A stretch of DNA of 64,000 bases. Source: an uncultured Candidatus Binatia bacterium (lineage in GTDB: Bacteria; Desulfobacterota; Binatia; UBA9968; JAJDTQ01). A model generated the notes under the pieces. It had not been told where the DNA came from. It saw only the letters and a list, made by a program, of their open reading frames with translations, and did not search any database. This document shows, piece by piece, positions 1 through 9,763 of this stretch (the first letter of the stretch is position 1; every line of letters starts with the position of its first letter). Both the position numbers and the translations under genes were made by a program. The stretch spans positions 2,944,001-3,008,000 of the forward strand of contig OZ243916.1 of the NCBI GenBank assembly GCA_965213675.1. The letters are read 5' to 3'.

Positions 1-167
1 AAGCGTTCGGGATCCACCGGACCGGAGAGGCCCAGCGCCTCAGCGCCCCGGCCCGCCCAGGCGCTCGCCTCGCGGTGCACCCCGTCGTCCCTGGCGTAGT
101 AGCCGTCCTTCTCGAAATAGCCCACGCCCTGCGACGGCGAGGCGATCTTCCCGATGGCGGCTACCAT
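1..167 (-). CDS. MobF/TrwC-type conjugative relaxase, N-terminal part (runs off the window)
   Basis: Not in the ORF track. Manual translation from ATG at 167 gives MVAAIGKIASPSQGVGYFEKDGYYARDDGVHREASAWAGRGAEALGLSGPVDPER, matching the TrwC N-terminus (tyrosine cluster Y-x-x-x-D-x-YY, then W-x-G-x-GA-x-x-LGL). Confidence 0.85.
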   Translation of the reverse strand, partial: MVAAIGKIASPSQGVGYFEKDGYYARDDGVHREASAWAGRGAEALGLSGPVDPER

Positions 168-346
168 CGCGGCAGCCCCGCGACGGAGGCGAAATAAGCG
201 GATTCCCGTCGGTCCATGCAGGCCAGATATGCGCTCTCGGATCGCAGAACAAGGGACGAAGGAACGGCCTCATCGTCCTGTCCCCGCATGTCCGCAATTG
301 GCGCCCGAAATCGTCCCCGCAGGGACTTGCATGTCCTACGACAGCC

Positions 347-364
347 TGATATCAATTTGATAAC
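347..364. promoter_or_regulatory. Putative autoregulatory operator of the RHH antitoxin
   Basis: Palindrome TGATATCA (347-354) followed by TGATAAC (358-364), about 20 bp upstream of the antitoxin start; resembles TGxTAxCA sites bound by FitA-type proteins. Confidence 0.4.
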
Positions 365-384
365 TGACAGCGGGAGGCGAATCC

Positions 385-645
385 ATGGTGACGATCAATG
401 TGCGGCGGCTCGACGACGACGTGGTGGACCGCCTCAAGCAGCGTGCAGCGCAGAACAACCGCTCCCTGGAGGGCGAAGCACGCCACATCCTGCAATGCGC
501 GGCCGACGACGACATGGCGGCGAAGCGCGCCGCGTTCCGGGAAACCATGAAACGGCTGCGTCCCCTGACCGAAGGGCGCAAGCACACCCCGGCGGAGGTA
601 CTGATCCGCGAGGATCGCGACCACGGCCATCGCGACAACTTCTGA
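385..645 (+). CDS. FitA/Arc-like ribbon-helix-helix antitoxin
   Basis: MVTINVRRLDDDVVDRLKQRAAQNNRSLEGEARHIL; GGGAGG RBS; stop overlaps the start of a PIN toxin gene. Confidence 0.85.
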   Translation: MVTINVRRLDDDVVDRLKQRAAQNNRSLEGEARHILQCAADDDMAAKRAAFRETMKRLRPLTEGRKHTPAEVLIREDRDHGHRDNF

Positions 646-1073
646 TGCGCTTCGTCGTCGATGCGAGCGTGGCGGTCAAGTGGCTGGTCGCCGAGGACGA
701 GACGGAAGTTGCGGAGGAACTGGCGACGAGCGGCCACGACCTTCACGCGCCGCGACTGATGGCTTCCGAGGTCGCCAATGCAATCTGGCGCAAGGCGCGG
801 ACGGGCGAGATAGAGCGTCGCGCTGCGGGCATCCTTTTGGCGGACGTGCCGGACATGCCGGTGCGCTGGGGCGCCGACGAGCTGGTCTCCGCCGACGCGG
901 TGCGTCTGGCGCTGGCGCTCGACCGCCCGATCTACGATTGCATGTATCTCGCGCTCGCCCATCGCATCGGCGCGGTCATGCTGACGGCGGACAGTCGATT
1001 CGCTAATGCCGTTGCGCTGACCGAGCACGGCGGGTCCATCCTGACGCTGGCCGATTACGCAGAAACGCGATGA
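645..1073 (+). CDS. vapC: VapC-family PIN domain toxin
   Basis: Start reassigned to ATG 645 (TGATG overlap). Motifs VVDASVAVKW, EVANAIW, YDCMYLALA, LTAD. Confidence 0.88.
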   Translation: MRFVVDASVAVKWLVAEDETEVAEELATSGHDLHAPRLMASEVANAIWRKARTGEIERRAAGILLADVPDMPVRWGADELVSADAVRLALALDRPIYDCMYLALAHRIGAVMLTADSRFANAVALTEHGGSILTLADYAETR

Positions 1074-1147
1074 TCGCGAAATTTTTTCGATCATCCTCCA
1101 GGCATCCCCTGTCCCTTGATGTCCTGACAGGAGAGGCCGTGTGGGGA

Positions 1148-1402
1148 CAGCGGGCCGCTTCCATCGAGGACCAGTTCCGGGTCTGCCGCGAGCACGCGGA
1201 ACGCGAGGGCTGGAAGATCGCCGGCGCCTACCGCGACGCGGCCATATCGGGCGACAGCGTGATTCTGCGCCCCGGCATCCAGGGGCAGATGGAGGACGCG
1301 CAGCGGGGCCTGTTCGAGGTTGTGGTCGCCAAGGCGCTCGACAGGGTGAGCCGCGACCAGGCCGACGTTGCGACCCTCTACAAGCATCTGCGCTTCGCGG
1401 GC
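1148..1402 (+). pseudogene. Serine recombinase (resolvase catalytic domain) fragment
   Basis: SIEDQFRVCREHAEREGW...YRDAAISG...RPG...LDRVSRDQAD; lacks the N-terminal YxRxS motif and stops just before the znuB 3' end. Confidence 0.8.
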
Positions 1403-1447
1403 ACGCCTACGCCTGTTCAGGAGTGGGCGGCTCGTCCATTGTCGCCC

Positions 1448-2260
1448 CTACATGCGAGCGGCGACGCCCGGTGTGCGCCGGGGCCGGCGCAGGCGCGTGA
1501 GCACGAACAGCGCCAGCGCCGCGGTCACGATGGAGGGTCCCGACGGGGTGTCGAATGTGGCCGAGGCGAACAGCCCGCCGGCGATGGCGAGGACGCCCGC
1601 GGCCGCCGCGCCCGCGGCCATCCTCTCGGGACTGGACGCGAAGCGCCGCACCGTGGCCGGCGGTATTACCAGCAACGCCACGATCAGCAGGATGCCGACG
1701 ATCTTGACGGCCACGGCGATGAGCGCCGCCACCAGGAAACCGAACACCAGCCGTGCGCGTTCCGGCCGGAGCCCGGCGACGGCGGCGATGTCGGCGCTCA
1801 CGGTAGCCGCCAGGAGCGGGCGCCAGATCCATCCAAGGACCGCCAGGGCGGCGGCGCCGCCCGCCCAGATCACGGCGATGTCCGAGCGCGTCACGGCGAG
1901 AATGTCGCCGAAGAGCAAGCCGTGCAGGTCGAAGCGCATGCTCGGGAAGAACGCCAGCACCACCAGGCCCAGCGACAGTCCCCCGTGGGCAAGCAGGCCC
2001 AGGATGGTGTCGGCGGGCAGTGTCTCGCTCCGTTCGAGATGGTGCATGATCAGCACCACCGTCGAGGCCGTGGCGAAGATGCCGATGGAAAGGTCGATTT
2101 CCAGGACGAGGGCCGCCGCCACCCCCAGCAGCGCCGAGTGCGCGATGGTCTCGCCGAAGTAGGCCAGCCGCCGCCACACCACGAAACAACCGGTGGGCCC
2201 GGTGACCAGCGCCAGCCCGACTCCGGCCAGCAGCGCGCGCGTGAAGAAGTCGTCCAGCAT
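1448..2260 (-). CDS. znuB: Zinc ABC transporter permease
   Basis: GCFVVWRRLAYFGETIAHSALLG, LFGDIL, DTPSGPSIV; hydrophobic; adjacent to the ATPase gene. Confidence 0.92.
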   Translation of the reverse strand: MLDDFFTRALLAGVGLALVTGPTGCFVVWRRLAYFGETIAHSALLGVAAALVLEIDLSIGIFATASTVVLIMHHLERSETLPADTILGLLAHGGLSLGLVVLAFFPSMRFDLHGLLFGDILAVTRSDIAVIWAGGAAALAVLGWIWRPLLAATVSADIAAVAGLRPERARLVFGFLVAALIAVAVKIVGILLIVALLVIPPATVRRFASSPERMAAGAAAAGVLAIAGGLFASATFDTPSGPSIVTAALALFVLTRLRRPRRTPGVAARM

Positions 2261-2263
2261 CGT

Positions 2264-2980
2264 TCAGCCGGGCGTTCGGCGTCGGGACGCGGGCGAGGAG
2301 TCCTCGTCGTCGCGGGCGAGTTCCTTGAACCCGCTGATGCCGAAGGGAGGGTTGTCGTGCTCGTGGGGCACCAGAACCACGAGGTCGTCGGCCGTGTCCA
2401 TGGCCTTCTGGAGATCGTGGGAGACGATGAGGACGCCGCAGCCGAGGTCGCGGCGAATGCCCTCGATCAGTTCGTGCACGACGTCTGTCCCAGTGGCGTC
2501 GACGCCCTGTGCCGGTTCGTCGAGCACCAACAGGTCCGGCCGGTGGATCAGCGCCCGCGCCAGCAGCAGCCGCTGGAACTCACCGCCGGACAGGGTGGTG
2601 ACAGGCGGGTCGCCGAGGCGTTCCAGGCCCACGGCGGTGAGGGAGGCGTCGATTCTGCTTGCGGCGAAACGACCGGTGAGCGTCATCATGCGGCGCAGGG
2701 TCAAGGGCAGCGTGGGGGTCACGGGCAGTCTTTGCGGCACGTAGCCCACCTGGAGATCCGGTGCCCGCGCCACGTGCCCTTCGTCCACGTCAAGCAGGCC
2801 CAGCGCGGCCTTGACACAGGTGGACTTGCCCGCGCCGTTGGCGCCGATGAGGAATACCAGCTTGCCGCGCGCCACCTTGAGGTCCACGTGCCGGATGATC
2901 CAGCGTTCACCCCGCCGTACACCGATTCCTCGGGCGTTGACGAGCAGGCTGGGAACGTTTTCGCGTGAAGATGCCGTCAT
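2264..2980 (-). CDS. znuC: Zinc ABC transporter ATP-binding protein
   Basis: Walker A GANGAGKS, GYVPQ, LSGGEFQR, LVLDEP, VSHDL. Confidence 0.9.
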   Translation of the reverse strand: MTASSRENVPSLLVNARGIGVRRGERWIIRHVDLKVARGKLVFLIGANGAGKSTCVKAALGLLDVDEGHVARAPDLQVGYVPQRLPVTPTLPLTLRRMMTLTGRFAASRIDASLTAVGLERLGDPPVTTLSGGEFQRLLLARALIHRPDLLVLDEPAQGVDATGTDVVHELIEGIRRDLGCGVLIVSHDLQKAMDTADDLVVLVPHEHDNPPFGISGFKELARDDEDSSPASRRRTPG

Positions 2981-3214
2981 CCGTGAGAGGCTCGAAAACC
3001 GGCCACGATGGATGGTACCAGTGTATTGTATTCACGATCATCAGGGCAACTCGTTCAGCATGGCGACCCCACGCTGATCGAGGATTGGCGTACAGGGCTG
3101 GCTGGGTCCGTTCCAGTCCTCACGAGGGCGTGTGCCGAACCGTGGACTTCCGCGCGAATCGGCAGTGTGGGATAATCCTGCTCGTCCAGAAAACGGCCGG
3201 CTCATGGAGGGGTC

Positions 3215-4150
3215 ATGAAGAACACCATCTGCGCGGCAGTCCTGCTCGCTGGTTCAATCGTTGTATCTTTCCCGGCTCACGCGGCGGACCGGGTCGTGGC
3301 GACGTTAAAGCCGGTGCATTCACTGGTGAGCGCGGTGATGGCCGGGGTGGGCGACCCTTACCTGATCATGCGCGGCGCGGAGTCGCCGCACACCTACCGC
3401 ATGCGCCCCTCCGATGCCGGGGTCATCGGCAAGGCCCGCGTCATCTTCATGATCGGTGAACTCACCGAGACGACCTTGGTGGGCCCCATCCGCAAGCTCG
3501 GCCGCAAGGTCCGGGTGGTGGAGTTGGCCGAAGCGCCGGCGCTGGTGCGCCGGCCGTTGCGCACCGGCGGCGGCTTCGAGGACGGCGATGACGGACACGC
3601 CCACGGCCACGGCCATGGAGAGCATGACGAATTCGACATGCACGTGTGGCTCGACCCGGTGAACGCCGGATGGATGACCCTGGCCATCGCCCGAGCGTTG
3701 TCGGAAACCGATCCGGCCAACGCCGCGAAGTACCAAGCCAACGCGGACGCGCTGATCATCCGCCTGGAAGCCCTGCAGGCCGAGTTGGCCGCGGAACTGG
3801 CGCCTGTGCGGAAAGAGCCCTTCATCGTGTTCCACGACGCGTATCAGTATTTCGAGAAGCGTTTCGGGTTGAACGCCGCGGGCTCGGCTGTGGTCAGCGC
3901 CAGCCGGACGCCCGGTGTCCGCCGCGTCCGGGAGCTGCGCCGCAAGGTGCGCGAGTTGGGCGTGGTGTGCGTGCTCGCCGAACCACGCCACGATCCCCGC
4001 TTCGTCAGGGTCATCACGGAAGGCACGGATGCGCGCGCCGGCGCCGTCGACCCCACCGGCGTCGCCATCGAACCCGGCCCCGACATGTACTTCGCCTTGT
4101 TGCGCAACATGGCCGCGTCCTTCAAGGCATGCCTGGCCCCGTCGGGTTAG
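3215..4150 (+). CDS. znuA: Zinc ABC transporter substrate-binding protein
   Basis: Signal peptide, SPHTY, His-rich loop GHAHGHGHGEH, HVWLDP, FHDAYQYF; divergent from znuCB. Confidence 0.9.
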   Translation: MKNTICAAVLLAGSIVVSFPAHAADRVVATLKPVHSLVSAVMAGVGDPYLIMRGAESPHTYRMRPSDAGVIGKARVIFMIGELTETTLVGPIRKLGRKVRVVELAEAPALVRRPLRTGGGFEDGDDGHAHGHGHGEHDEFDMHVWLDPVNAGWMTLAIARALSETDPANAAKYQANADALIIRLEALQAELAAELAPVRKEPFIVFHDAYQYFEKRFGLNAAGSAVVSASRTPGVRRVRELRRKVRELGVVCVLAEPRHDPRFVRVITEGTDARAGAVDPTGVAIEPGPDMYFALLRNMAASFKACLAPSG

Positions 4151-4186
4151 AAGGTTCCCAAGACGTCATCCCCCCGCCCTTCTCCT

Positions 4187-4316
4187 CGTCATTCCCGCGG
4201 AAGCTGGAATCCATGGGTGAGGAGGGGCCGAAACCGGTGTGTCTCCCGCCTCACCTCGCGAAAAACCCGCTTTCGCGGGAATGATGTTTCGAGGCGTTAG
4301 AGTTTGAAACGCAGTC
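4187..4316. repeat. REP-like palindrome (GTCATTCCCGCG family), degenerate, followed by an IS-end-like motif
   Basis: CGTCATTCCCGCGGAAGCTGGAATCCA ... CCCGCTTTCGCGGGAATGA, then GAGTTTGAAACGCAG. Confidence 0.75.
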
Positions 4317-4344
4317 CCAGTGCTCTCAAGGGGTTTCTCGACAC

Positions 4345-6930
4345 CTACGGCACCTGCGCACCCACACGCACTTGGAGACGATCTCGGATCTCCTGGTAGA
4401 CAGGAACGCCTTGCCCGGTTTCAACGGTGACGGCAATTCCGTAGTTGATGTGCTGATCGAGTTTACCTGCCTGTTCCCTGCAAAAGATGTGCAACAGGAT
4501 TTGTCCGTCATCGACAAACGGTATCGCTTTATTGCCCTCGTATCGAGTATGGAACACCGTGCCGCGGGGAACCGATTTGTCGGACGGCTGGTCGCTCGAC
4601 CTTGCGACCCCGGCAGCGGCATCGAATTTCTTGGCTGGGCTGACTTCCAGCTTTGCCCTGCGATACGCTTGATGGCGCGGGTTAGTAGGCGAAAACCAGG
4701 CAGCGCTCACGGTAATGGCTCTCGGTTCCGTGACCCTTTCCAGGCTCGGCGGCAGAGGAATACGATGAATATTCGTGTCGCCGGCAGCAATGGTTCCGTA
4801 ACCCACCATTGTCGCTCGGTTCGGAGCACACTCCATCGCCTCTTCGATACGAGGAACGCCGTAGCCCAACAACCGGCTTACGTTGTCGAGACGCTCGACA
4901 TGTCGCCCTCGTCCGTGGGGGCCATAGAGGTCGTTCAACCGCGTCGCATGGCTTCCCCATTTCGTTCGATGAACAAGTAACGCCTTTATCACGACCGCAT
5001 AGAATCGTGGATCCATGTTTGCGAGCATGGATCCACCAGCCACGTCCATCAGAGCCTCGAACAAGCGATGCGCGGCGCGTGTCGCCAAGGCCGTGGCGGC
5101 ACTGGTCCCATTTATCGGCCTTGTGCGGTCGAGAGCTCCGGCAGGGTCCGGGCAAGCGGCGGCCAAACCGTATCGCCCCCCGGGAACGACGTTGAGCGGC
5201 CCGCCGCCTGACTGAAACCGCACATGTTCGCGACCGCCGGGTAGATGCAAGTCGGGCTTGATCACCTTGCGGTGGCCCGGGCCCAACGCGGAGCTGATGT
5301 TGGGCAAGTTCCCGTCTCGATAAGGATCCACGGCCATCGCGCCCCGCGACCCATCAAGCGTGTCTTCATGCGCCGCTCCGACTGTCACGACATTGAGCGC
5401 TTCCGCTGGAGACAGGAGGGTTCGGTACGCCTTTTGGTCGAACAGAGCTTGAAGCACCTTGCTCTCGCGCTTTTCCGCCGATGCGCCTTCAAAAGTCGTC
5501 CAATCGGAAAACCCGTCGATTGGAAGTGGTCGGTTCACGTTGCCGGCGCTTACCAGGAAGAGAATACCATATCGTTCGGAGAGATAGTCGAGGAGTCTTG
5601 CCCACGGGCTCATCGGACGGCTGAAGGGCCGTCTCGGGTCCCCCAGGGAGAGATTCACCAGGAACACTTCCGGAGCTGTCGCCGCGCCTTGCCCGTCCCC
5701 TTCCTTCATGCGCCTCACCGCGCGATATATGACGTCGACCAGAAGGCGATCCTGCCTCGGCTGCTCGTGGAGACCGTTTCCCGGCGCGTAGAGGACGGGC
5801 CGCACGTGGATCCTGCGATTGATCGAAGGTTGGCCAAGGTTTCGGTCGCCGTGCAGAATCAACGAGGCCATTGCGGTTCCGTGCTGGCGCTCAGCAACAG
5901 TGCTCATGGGTTCAAGGTTGTCCGCATCGTCGACATCCAGCCGTCCGTCCAGCAGGTGGTGGTTTTGCACCGGGATTCCGTCCAGCAACGCCGCTATCGG
6001 CGGAAGGTTCTCGGGAGGTTCGGTTGGATGAACGGGTTCGGCCTGTGGTGGGTCACCAGGTTCCGAGATATCGACCGAGGATTGCGGACGCAGGAACATG
6101 ACATCGTCGCAGATGGCCAAGGGGATCGCCTCACGGGAAATGAGACGGGTGATCTCGGAAGCCGGGAGGTCGATCAGGGCCGCGTGGTACCCAATCTCTT
6201 GAATGACCTGATGATCGATGATATTGCCGTTTGCACTAGACACCGCGGCTTCAAGTTGACGGTATGCCCCTTGTCTCAATGCATCGCTGTGGCGGAACCA
6301 CAGTTCAGCTTCAATCCGGCGGACTTCTCCCGAGTATTCCTCGAGTTCTTCCCTCCATTGCTCCGCAGTCTCGTCAGTGATTCGATCCGCCAATCCCCAC
6401 GGCCTGATGTCGCGCAGACTCGAAAAAATATCACGCCACCGAGTCAGCCCACGTGGGAGGGCTTCTCCGCTTTGCCACCGGCTCCAGAGCGATACCAACT
6501 GGTTCAAAGCGCCGACGTCGGGCATTGCCAGATACAGCCGGCCACCGACGTTCTTGTCCGTTCGACGCTCTCTCTCCCTACCCTGACGAGTGTCTTCCAC
6601 GAAGAAATCGTCGTCCGACTCAAACTCGATCTCTTCACCAGCGAGAAACTCCAGTCCCTCGACTTGTCCCGCCAGCGCGTAGAAATCGCCCACTGAGCCA
6701 ACGACCTCCAGGACGAGCGCACGCTCTGGCGCGATGCTCGATGGGTCATTGCGGAGTGATAGCTCGGCGGACTCCGATGACAGGACGTTCTGCAGGCGAT
6801 TGAATCTGGCTCCGAGACGTTGTCCTTGGCGTTCCTGGGACAGGCTACGGCTACTCGGTACGAAACGACTTGGCTGGGGTCGGATGCCCCGTTCGAACTG
6901 TGGGAGGGGTAGAAGTGGATACTCCGGCAT
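4345..6930 (-). CDS. ietS: S8 subtilisin-like serine peptidase, IetS-like
   Basis: Triad motifs LLDG, QHGTAMAS, GTSAA, plus SAGN and KPDL; no signal peptide; directly downstream of an AAA ATPase gene. Confidence 0.82.
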   Translation of the reverse strand: MPEYPLLPLPQFERGIRPQPSRFVPSSRSLSQERQGQRLGARFNRLQNVLSSESAELSLRNDPSSIAPERALVLEVVGSVGDFYALAGQVEGLEFLAGEEIEFESDDDFFVEDTRQGRERERRTDKNVGGRLYLAMPDVGALNQLVSLWSRWQSGEALPRGLTRWRDIFSSLRDIRPWGLADRITDETAEQWREELEEYSGEVRRIEAELWFRHSDALRQGAYRQLEAAVSSANGNIIDHQVIQEIGYHAALIDLPASEITRLISREAIPLAICDDVMFLRPQSSVDISEPGDPPQAEPVHPTEPPENLPPIAALLDGIPVQNHHLLDGRLDVDDADNLEPMSTVAERQHGTAMASLILHGDRNLGQPSINRRIHVRPVLYAPGNGLHEQPRQDRLLVDVIYRAVRRMKEGDGQGAATAPEVFLVNLSLGDPRRPFSRPMSPWARLLDYLSERYGILFLVSAGNVNRPLPIDGFSDWTTFEGASAEKRESKVLQALFDQKAYRTLLSPAEALNVVTVGAAHEDTLDGSRGAMAVDPYRDGNLPNISSALGPGHRKVIKPDLHLPGGREHVRFQSGGGPLNVVPGGRYGLAAACPDPAGALDRTRPINGTSAATALATRAAHRLFEALMDVAGGSMLANMDPRFYAVVIKALLVHRTKWGSHATRLNDLYGPHGRGRHVERLDNVSRLLGYGVPRIEEAMECAPNRATMVGYGTIAAGDTNIHRIPLPPSLERVTEPRAITVSAAWFSPTNPRHQAYRRAKLEVSPAKKFDAAAGVARSSDQPSDKSVPRGTVFHTRYEGNKAIPFVDDGQILLHIFCREQAGKLDQHINYGIAVTVETGQGVPVYQEIRDRLQVRVGAQVP

Positions 6931-6937
6931 CGGCCAT

Positions 6938-7918
6938 CTAGGCTACGTCCCGCTGACGCGCCCTCCTCTTCCACACCTTTAGCTGCTCGGCGACGATCGC
7001 TTTCAGCGGTTTCTCGCCCATCGACAAGGCATGTCGTCGGCGCACGCCGCGACAGAACTCCTCCGCTTCCGCGTAGCTGATTTTGCCAAGTGACCTTGCC
7101 ATGGTCTCCGCGGCTATCCCCAAGGACTCATTGGACCTGTCCGCAAAGGCTTTTACATAGCGGCTGATGTCAGCCTGCGACGGCGCTGGCAATTCAAGCC
7201 GAAGTTGAAAGCGTCGCCAGACAGCGCGGTCGAGAAGTTCGGGATGGTTCGACGCCGTCACGACCACGGTGTATGTTGGCAGGTCGTCAACCTGCATGAG
7301 CAACGAAGTCACGACGCGTTTGATTTCGCCCGTTTCGTTGACGTCACCGCGTTCCTTGCCCACGGCATCGAACTCGTCAAAGAAGAGGACACATGGTGTC
7401 GTCCGGGCATAGTCGAAGACGCGCCTTAGGCGGCTCGCCGTTTCGCCGAGGAAACTGCCGATGATTGCGTCATAGCGGACTACAAAAAACTGAACCGCCA
7501 TCGCTTCTGCAATAGCCTCGGCGAGTGAAGTCTTCCCGTTGCCGGGCGGGCCGACCAGCAGGACGCGATGACGTGGCTCCAGGCTGTGGGAACGCAGCAA
7601 CCCGGCACGGTTCTGCTCCTCGACCAGCTCACGGCACGCCCGTTCACAGAGTTCTGGCAAAAAGAGCTCTTCAAGACGTTTTCGCGGCGTGACTTCCAGA
7701 AGGTAGTCTCGCGCACGCATGCTTGGTTCCATCGCAAGGAATCCCGTGTGGCGGCCGTTGCCGTTGTTTTTCAACGCACGTGCCAAGCGTTCGGCAAGGA
7801 CGTTGTGTTGTTTGGCACGCTCCTCCGCGATGATCGCTTCGACAGTCGACACCATTTCGTTCCGGTCACCGGAAGCACCGGCCTTGACTAGGGAAATGAG
7901 GAGGTCGCTACGAGCCAT
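6938..7918 (-). CDS. ietA: AAA+ ATPase, IetA-like
   Basis: Start at MARSDLL; GPPGNGKT, LFFDEFD, GEIKRVV, LDRAVWRRF. Confidence 0.85.
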   Translation of the reverse strand: MARSDLLISLVKAGASGDRNEMVSTVEAIIAEERAKQHNVLAERLARALKNNGNGRHTGFLAMEPSMRARDYLLEVTPRKRLEELFLPELCERACRELVEEQNRAGLLRSHSLEPRHRVLLVGPPGNGKTSLAEAIAEAMAVQFFVVRYDAIIGSFLGETASRLRRVFDYARTTPCVLFFDEFDAVGKERGDVNETGEIKRVVTSLLMQVDDLPTYTVVVTASNHPELLDRAVWRRFQLRLELPAPSQADISRYVKAFADRSNESLGIAAETMARSLGKISYAEAEEFCRGVRRRHALSMGEKPLKAIVAEQLKVWKRRARQRDVA

Positions 7919-8129
7919 ACCGATTACTCCGTCGTTTCTCCTGCCGCTCAAGCTTCTCCGCAGCAGCTTCCAGCAACCAGTTGTTGCGGGAGATGGGCAC
8001 GTCTCTCGTCTCGATGTACCTATCGATCTGACGCAGCAACGCCTCCGGAAACCGCATCGTAACGGCTATCCTATCTTTTCCTTTGACCTGGTGTGCCGGA
8101 GTCAAGCGATTTCTCATAAAACGATCCAC
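7908..8129 (-). CDS. Small ribbon-helix-helix-like DNA-binding protein
   Basis: IAVTMRFPEALLRQIDRYIE...ISRNNWLLEA beta-alpha-alpha pattern; 3' end overlaps the ATPase start; true start may be ATG 8117. Confidence 0.65.
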   Translation of the reverse strand: MDRFMRNRLTPAHQVKGKDRIAVTMRFPEALLRQIDRYIETRDVPISRNNWLLEAAAEKLERQEKRRSNRYGS

Positions 8130-8213
8130 CGACTAAACATGATGTCATTATGCCACCATAAGAAGTTCGGAAGAATCAATCAATAGCCGACGACCCCATG
8201 CTCCAGTACAAGG

Positions 8214-9722
8214 TCACCGGATGACCTCGGCTCGTCCTCCGGCTGGTGTCTGTACACCGGCCCTCCTCGCCAGGTCTAGGGCGTATCCCTCACCGCGCAC
8301 TTGTATGTGTGCGTAGTCCGTCCGTCGCGTGAGCCCCTCCACCAGCCACGTTACCGGCTCTGACTCGAAGGGATATTCCCGGGGCGGACCGGCCGCGCGC
8401 ATGGTGTCGATCTCGTCGCGGGTCAGGAAATAGCGCAGCAGCAGTTCCTCGTCCGAGACGCCGGGGCCGCCGTACCTGGAGCGCAGCTCTGGGAGGGTGG
8501 GCTCGGGCGGTTCCCACGCGGCCAGCTCCCGGGCGCGCGGGGACGCCAGGATGCGGTCCTTCACATCCGGGTCCATGGAGTCGCTCCCTTCCCGCCCCCA
8601 GCGCCCCAAGGCGTAGAGAATCACTTGGTCGGTGACGGACTTGTAGCGCTCGCCGACGATGATGTTGATGGCCGCCTGGCTGCCCACGAACTGGGACAAG
8701 GGCGTCACCATGATGGGGTAGCCCAGCTCTTCGCGCACCCGCACCACTTCTTCCATGGCCCGTTCCATGTGGCCGTCCAGGCCCACCCGCGCGAGTTGGT
8801 GGCGCAGGTTGGAGATCATGCCGCCCGGGACCTGGTGCAGGTACTGGTTGTAGTCGTATTCCACGGGCGCGCCGATGGGCAGGCCCTCGCGCCGGGCGAC
8901 CCCGGTGAAGTATGCGGAGACCGGCCGCAGCGCCTCTTCGTCCACCGCGGTTTCGTAGCCCAGGCTGCGGGCGTTGGCGGCGACATTGAACAGCGACGGG
9001 TTGGAGGAGCCATTGGCCAAAGGCGGCAGCGCGGTGTTGATGATGCGGATCCCCTGGCGAATGGCCTCCAGAGCGCACAACGGCCCGAGTCCGGTGGTGC
9101 AATGGGTGTGGAACTCCAACGGGATGTCGCCGATGTTCGCCTTGATGAGCGGCACCAGCGCGCGGGTACGGTCCGGCGTCAAGAGCCCTCCCGGGTCCTT
9201 GAAGCAGATACGCGCCACCGGCACCGTTGCCGCTTGGCGCGCGCGCTCGGCGAAGTATTCGTCGGTATGCTTGGGCGAAACCGAGTAGATGATATTGAGG
9301 ATCGGCTCGAGGCCGGCTTCGGTGGCGATGCGCACGGTCTTGCGCCACCCGGCGACGTCGTTCCATTCATCCGAGATGCGCCCCTGGCGCACGCCGTTGG
9401 CCGCCATGCGCTCCAGGAAAATGCGCTGGATGACCTCCGGGGTCAGCTCGAAGCCGTTGCGGCTGCCGATGATGACCCGGAGGGGCGTCTCCCGGATCTT
9501 CCCGGCCACCCGCCGGATGCGCTCCCAAGGGTCCTCGTGCAGTTCGCGCACGCACTTCTTGATATGCGAGCTGGACATGAGCTCCATGCCCCGGAAGCCC
9601 GCCCGGTCCATGCGCTCGCCCACGGCGAGCATCATCCCCGTGCGCATGGACTCCGCCCACAGGCTCTGGTGTCCGTCGCGGAGCGTCGTGTCGACGAATT
9701 CGATGGGCTCCGATTGAGTCAT
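8214..9722 (-). CDS. Pyruvate carboxylase subunit B / oxaloacetate decarboxylase alpha-like carboxyltransferase (no biotinyl domain)
   Basis: DTTLRDGHQSL, EDPWERI, FKDPGGLL, HTHCT, QVPGGMISNL, GYPIMVTPLSQFVG. Confidence 0.85.
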   Translation of the reverse strand: MTQSEPIEFVDTTLRDGHQSLWAESMRTGMMLAVGERMDRAGFRGMELMSSSHIKKCVRELHEDPWERIRRVAGKIRETPLRVIIGSRNGFELTPEVIQRIFLERMAANGVRQGRISDEWNDVAGWRKTVRIATEAGLEPILNIIYSVSPKHTDEYFAERARQAATVPVARICFKDPGGLLTPDRTRALVPLIKANIGDIPLEFHTHCTTGLGPLCALEAIRQGIRIINTALPPLANGSSNPSLFNVAANARSLGYETAVDEEALRPVSAYFTGVARREGLPIGAPVEYDYNQYLHQVPGGMISNLRHQLARVGLDGHMERAMEEVVRVREELGYPIMVTPLSQFVGSQAAINIIVGERYKSVTDQVILYALGRWGREGSDSMDPDVKDRILASPRARELAAWEPPEPTLPELRSRYGGPGVSDEELLLRYFLTRDEIDTMRAAGPPREYPFESEPVTWLVEGLTRRTDYAHIQVRGEGYALDLARRAGVQTPAGGRAEVIR

Positions 9723-9763
9723 TGAGGTTTCCTTTCACTGGTGCAGGGAAACGGATTCACGTG

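Noticed and set aside
1070-2968. 632 aa plus-strand ORF
   Set aside because: Only about 85 codons resemble a recombinase; the rest is the antisense shadow of znuB/znuC in GC-rich DNA.
2981-3214. Zur box between znuC and znuA
   Set aside because: Expected from context, but no convincing palindrome was found by eye.
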